A DNA stretch of 37,522 bases from Nemertoderma westbladi (Eukaryota; Animalia; Xenacoelomorpha): contig JAUCBJ010006535.1 in the NCBI GenBank assembly GCA_032718475.1, positions 1 through 37,522 of the forward strand, written 5' to 3'. Shown piece by piece: positions 32,461-37,522 of the stretch. Below the pieces are notes generated by a model, which was given only the letters and a program-made list of their open reading frames with translations, had not been told where the DNA came from and searched no databases. The stretch's first letter is position 1. Every line of letters starts with the position of its first letter. The position numbers were made by a program, and so were the translations under genes.

Positions 32461-33215
32461 CAATCCGGCTGCAATTATTAATACCACGAATACAGCTGAT
32501 TCATCAGCCTGGTTTGATGAACTTGATGAAATCATAAAGTCAGTAGTTGCTGTATGCTAATACTGACTAAAACTATATACCAAACACCTCTTGCCGGTAC
32601 CTACCTCCGCAGTCTGTAGTGAGCACCGGTGCAGGTATGGTAGGCCTACATTTAGGGCAGATATCGTGGAGGTTCTTTTGGCAGATAGGCCTAGTCAAAA
32701 CGTTACATCAGATGCCGCATTTTAGTCAAAACGTACCCTATCTTCATATAGTTGAATATTGCAGTATTGTGAATACAGGAATATCCAAGTACTTATGTAC
32801 ATATAGTATACCAGTATACGGTGCCCATGTACAGTAACTGGCTGATAGTTACCCTTAGTTAGTAGGCTATAGATGATTGACATTTCTAGCAATGTTCTTA
32901 ATGTAGGCATTTGACTTGACTGGAAGTTATTGATACCATGTTTTACCCCAAATTTACCCAAATTGCACCAAATCAAAATAAATCTTATAACAGCAACCCA
33001 GGCTATCTGACGATATGGATTTAGATCAATGAAGCAGATAGAGACCATTGAAGGGCATCTTATGCATGCAAAAGAAAATATGATCAGTCCCAAATCATGC
33101 AGTCAGACCTGAAATTTTGCTGATCAAATACCGGTAGGTTAACTTACCGATATGCAGTAACATTTTACGGTACAATTTGATGCGAAAATGTTTTGGCCAG
33201 TACTCTGAACCTTCC

Positions 33216-33830
33216 ATTGGGGTCCCAGGTCACTCGCGTACCGTGGTCACTGTATCTGGCACCTGATTGGATGAGATTTTCAAACGCTGAAAACATACCT
33301 AGGCCTTGACAATTCGTGGTAAGATTTTATGCGAATATGTTTCGGATGGTGTTCTAAATCTCGTGTTAAGGTCCCAAGTCACCCCCATACCGTGGTCATC
33401 AGATACGGCGCCTGATTGGCTAATTTTTTGAACGATGATAACTCGAGTTTCCTTCACTTTGGGATGCAGTTTGAAGGCTAGGAATATTCTCTGGAGGATG
33501 CCATAACTCACTGATGATATATATTGGGGTCCCAGGTCACTCGAGTAACGTGGTCACTGTATCTGGCACCTGATTTGTTGAAATTTTCAAACGCTGAAAA
33601 CCTACCTAGGCCTTGAAAATTTGTGGTAAGATTTTATGCGAATATGTTTTGGATGGTGTTCTTAATCTCGCGTTGAGGTCCCAAGTCACCCCCATACTGT
33701 GGTCTGGTCACCAGATACGGCCTGTGATTGGCCAATTCTTTGAACGACGATATCTCGAGTTTGCTTCACATTGGGATGAGGTTCGAAGGCTAGGAGTATT
33801 CTCTGGAGTATGCGCTAACTCACTGACGAT
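33216..33830. repeat. Tandem duplication of a 307-bp unit, itself a dimer of ~150-bp subunits
   Basis: ATTGGGGTCCCAGGTCACTCG starts at 33216 and 33523; the related GGTCCCAAGTCACCCCCATAC occurs at ~33370 and ~33677. Confidence 0.92.
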
Positions 33831-34180
33831 GTTTTATAGCCGTTGGATTGCCGGGTTTTGCTACGTGGTCTAAGATTGGTTGATTCTTTGAAAGGCTATA
33901 TCTCAAGAAGTATTCATTTTGGAATGATGAAGTTTAATTTAATATGTTCTCTGGGGTGTTTCCAATCCCATGGTGATCATAATATCTGGGGGGGCAGAGG
34001 CCAAATCTGGGGGGGCAAACCCTTAACTGGGTTTGTGGGGGCATACAGCAAAGTGAGAGTTAATTTAGTACATAAAGTAAAGTCAATATTGTTGAAGAGC
34101 GAGTGGGGCGAGCCACGAAGTTGGCGGAGCCTTGGCGAACTGAAACTGTTAGGGTGTAAGGAGTATGTCAACAATGGCAA

Positions 34181-34233
34181 ATAAGATAAGATAAGATAAG
34201 ATAAGATAAGATAAGATAAGATAAGATAAGATA
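34181..34233 (-). repeat. (ATAAG)10 microsatellite, i.e. the (TCTTA)n 3' tail of the CR1-group LINE
   Basis: Perfect pentamer run, immediately preceded on the minus strand by AATAAA and ~165 bp downstream of the RT stop codon. Confidence 0.9.
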
Positions 34234-36470
34234 TTTTATTAGAGGAGACACCTCGGCTAGTGCAGCACACATAACATTGATAAACAACACAATTATATCA
34301 TTAAAATTTACGACACGAAGTGACTTATGCACCAGCTAAACTAAGATTAAGTAAAATTATACACTTCAATAAAACATAGTTAAAATCAATATTAAACGTT
34401 ACAGATTTCGATCAAATTTTATATATTTTTTAAAATCCACAGTAAGTAATTTCGACTTAAAAACGTTAAGAGACGGACTATTCACCACATTAGTAGGTAA
34501 ATCGTTCCATATGTTAACAACACGGTTGAAAAATACGTTCTCAACACAGTTTGTATTGCACTTTGACCCACGAATTTTGAAACGATGTCCTCTGGTAATG
34601 CAATTTCTTATTACGGTAAAATAGTCATTGCACCTAAGATTAACTAGACCGTGCATTATCTTAAAAGTGTATACCAAGTCAGCGTGTATCCTACGTAGTT
34701 CTAGTGGCTGTAGGCCTAGATATGTCAATCTCTCAATATATGGGATATCTGGGTCCAGATGACAACGAAAAAACAGACGCCTTGTAAAGTAGCGCTGCAC
34801 GGCTTCAAGTTTATCAGTTAGACCAAAGAAAGGTACTCCCTTTGTAAATGGATTCCAAACACAACTAGCATATTCTAGAACGGGCCGAGTGTATGATTTA
34901 TAAGCCGTAATCAGCGCTTCTCTGTTAGACGTAATAAAACACCGAAATATTTTATTAACAGACCGATATGCTGACGCTGTAATATTCAAAATATGCTCTG
35001 AGAAATTAAGCCTACTATCAATAGTTACACCAAGATCACGGTAAGCATGCACAGAGTCTAGATATTTGCCGTTAATTGTATACATTGGAGATACTGAAGT
35101 ACCGCTATTTATTGTTAAAACCTTACATTTGTCGTTGGCAACACTCAATTGCCAGTCATTGGACCAATCTGAGAAAATATTAATGTTATCCTGTAACGTG
35201 TATCTATCACTAGCACAATTAATGACGGAAAATAATTTTGCATCATCAGCAAACAGTTTCGCAGATGTACCGCTGATCATTTTATTTGGTAGGTCATTAA
35301 TAAAAATAATAAATAGAAGAGGTCCACAACAGGAACCTTGGGGAACCCCGGATATTATAGGATGGTAGTTTGAAAAAGTATTACCTATTTTTACACGTTG
35401 TCGCCTACCAGTTAAATAATTTGTAAACCAACGATAGACGTTGCCGCTCATGCCGTAGTTACGAAGTTTTAATAGTAATTTATCAGTCACCACAGTATCA
35501 AAAGCTTTGGCGTAGTCAGTATAGACTACATCAACCATCTTTTTCTTATTTACAGCGTTTGCCCAATTATAGGAACTATTTAATAATTGTGCCTCGGTAC
35601 TGCGACCACTGACAAATCCATATTGATCCTCGCTTATTAAATTATTGCTATGTAAGAAATATGAAATATCCACAACTAGTATACGTTCTAATAAACGACA
35701 TACAGACGCCGTCTGTGATATAGGTCTGTAGTTAGGGGCTAAAGAGGTATCACCCTTCTTAAAACACGGCGTGATGTCAGCACTTTTCCATCGTGGTGGA
35801 AGTTCACCAGTAATTAATGACGTGTTAAATAGTTTACACAAGGGCGTACAAAGTTCAAATCGTAGTATTTTGAGAACAGCAACTGGTACCCCGTCAGGTG
35901 TGCCAGTGTATTTCAATGGTAATTTACAAAGGTGTTTGTAAACCTTTTGTTCTGATATGCTATGTATATCGAACAGTTTATCTGTTACAGGGGGAAATAA
36001 AGGAGTAACATTATTATCATAAACACCAACAGATGAAAATTGCTCGTTCAGACATTCGCATTTTTCTATATCTGTTTCAGCTAATGACCCATCAGCTCTT
36101 TTTAGAGTTGAAACTGATGGTCGACTAGAAACTCTGTTCTTCGCATATTTATAGAATGCTTTTTTACAAGACCCAGTAAGGATTTTAATTTCTTTTTGCA
36201 TATGAAAATCGCGAATGGCTTTTTCACAAATAAAACAAACACGTCTATAAGCACGCAAATCAGTTACGGAATTATTGTTTTTACGCCACAACAACCGCTT
36301 AGAAGCCTGCAATTTTCGGATATGCAAGGGTGGGCGGTTTTTATTTTTATTTGGTATATATTTAGGTACAAACTTCTCAAAGAGATTGTTTAATGTTCCA
36401 TAGAATATATCACAAATAGTTGTTGACGTAACAATTTCATTAACGCAACATTCAAATAATTTTGTCAGAT
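34181..36470 (-). mobile_element. Young 5'-truncated CR1-group LINE (RT-containing ORF2 without endonuclease)
   Basis: Uninterrupted ORF 34399-36327; the frame stays open upstream (LTKLFECC...LFEKFVPK to ~36470). Motifs: TPDGVP, FKKGD...NYRPIS, QYGFVSGRST, DYAKAFDTV, SGVPQGSCCGPLLFIIFINDL, LFADDAKL, RDLGV, RPVLEYASCVWNP, TRGH, FFNRVVNIWNDLP. Confidence 0.95.
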
Positions 36471-37224
36471 TTAAAGCTGTCGAATTGAAAATTTGTAGGC
36501 ATAAATATGTCCAAAACTTGACATTATTTAGGGACTTTTGACATCAACAGTTCAGCAGTCTCCCGCTAGATGGCTACATGTCTAAGCATTAAATGTCCTC
36601 CCATTTCTTTGCTTTTAATCCGTTTCAGCGGAAACTTGGCAGAATTGTACTAGACCATTTGCTGTGTCATTTAATCTTTTTCTGAGGTCTTAAATTGATT
36701 ACAGTTTTCCAGACTGCCTCTAGGTGTAAAGTGATCAAGGGACATGTGCTTAGATTTTGCTCAAATTTCATTCGCGTTGACATTTACATAATTTATGTCA
36801 CGTGCTGCGCGAAGGACCCACTTCAGGTATAATATGGTTAAGGTTAAGTTACAACAAATTATATATATGGATACCAGCGCAAGCAACCCTCAGCGCCTAG
36901 ACTTTTAGCTGCACTGCAAGCTGGCTCCCAAATTACAGATAAATAGACAATGGGTCAACAACAAACAACCCCTGGTAGCCAATGAGAGAACCTGGAGCTT
37001 TCTGGTATTTTTAGTAATTACTGGTAGGTAGCTTAATGTCATGTAGTATTATATAATTGGACCAAAATGGGATGGTGAGGAGTCAGATCAGTGTGTAGAC
37101 TGTAGACGTGTGTATCCTATTATAAGTGTATCAATGTGTATCCAATAATATTGATCACTGGGGTCATAACAACAATATTATTATTAATTAATTGTGAACA
37201 AGTTGTGAACAAGACGAATGAACA

Positions 37225-37300
37225 AGACATGTCTGGGGGGGCAGTGGGACTTGTCTGGGGGGGCAGTGCCCCCAAAGCCCCCCCGCACGATACGGGCCTG
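37225..37300. mobile_element. GC-rich terminus of a hAT-type MITE (one end only)
   Basis: TCTGGGGGGGCAGTG occurs twice, then GCCCCCCCGCACGATACGGGCCTG. Related G-run motifs lie at ~33985-34020 and a similar ...CGTACGTCACTG end at ~8610-8621. No partner terminus was identified. Confidence 0.35.
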
Positions 37301-37522
37301 AATCCCACTAAAGACATCCAATTGCTGTGTGACTACCGGTTTCACGCTTTCGATTGTTTTAATATGCTTGAAAATTGTGCATATAATAATATATCAAGAA
37401 GAATTAATTTTTGCAAAACGAAAGAAATTTCAATTTCGTTTCATGTATGTCGTACTATTAGTAGTGCCTTACAGTATTATTGTGGAACGGGCAGCCGGGC
37501 ACTAAGCTATTGCATTACAATA

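Noticed and set aside
1-37522. tRNA, rRNA or prokaryotic operon/defence system
   Set aside because: No cloverleaf with canonical D/T loops, no rRNA-like tract and no operon-like gene density were seen; spliceosomal introns and LINEs indicate a eukaryote.

Overview
AT-rich, repeat-dense eukaryotic (probably invertebrate animal) DNA, not prokaryotic; the species cannot be determined from the window. Host genes: (i) a 426-aa single-exon ORF on the minus strand with an ACBD3/GCP60-type GOLD C-terminus; (ii) a spliced kelch-like (BACK-Kelch) gene on the plus strand, five exons reconstructed by hand, apparently lacking its BTB domain; (iii) a possible three-exon orphan gene with a C-terminal transmembrane helix. 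Mobile DNA: a decayed BEL/Pao gag, a broken RTE-clade LINE interrupted by an antisense L2/Crack-type fragment, a young 5'-truncated CR1-group LINE with a (TCTTA)n tail, and several MITE, foldback and Helentron-like elements and minisatellites. The most notable signal is invisible in the ORF track: minimal type I hammerhead ribozymes of the Penelope/retrozyme kind, from two families. One has an intact core, lies sense in intron 3 of the kelch-like gene, and is paired with an inverted antisense copy of itself. TACAGTA/TACTGTA words, which look like Tc1/mariner excision footprints, recur throughout, and one is supported by comparing two paralogous repeat copies. All calls come from reading by eye; no database searches were run.
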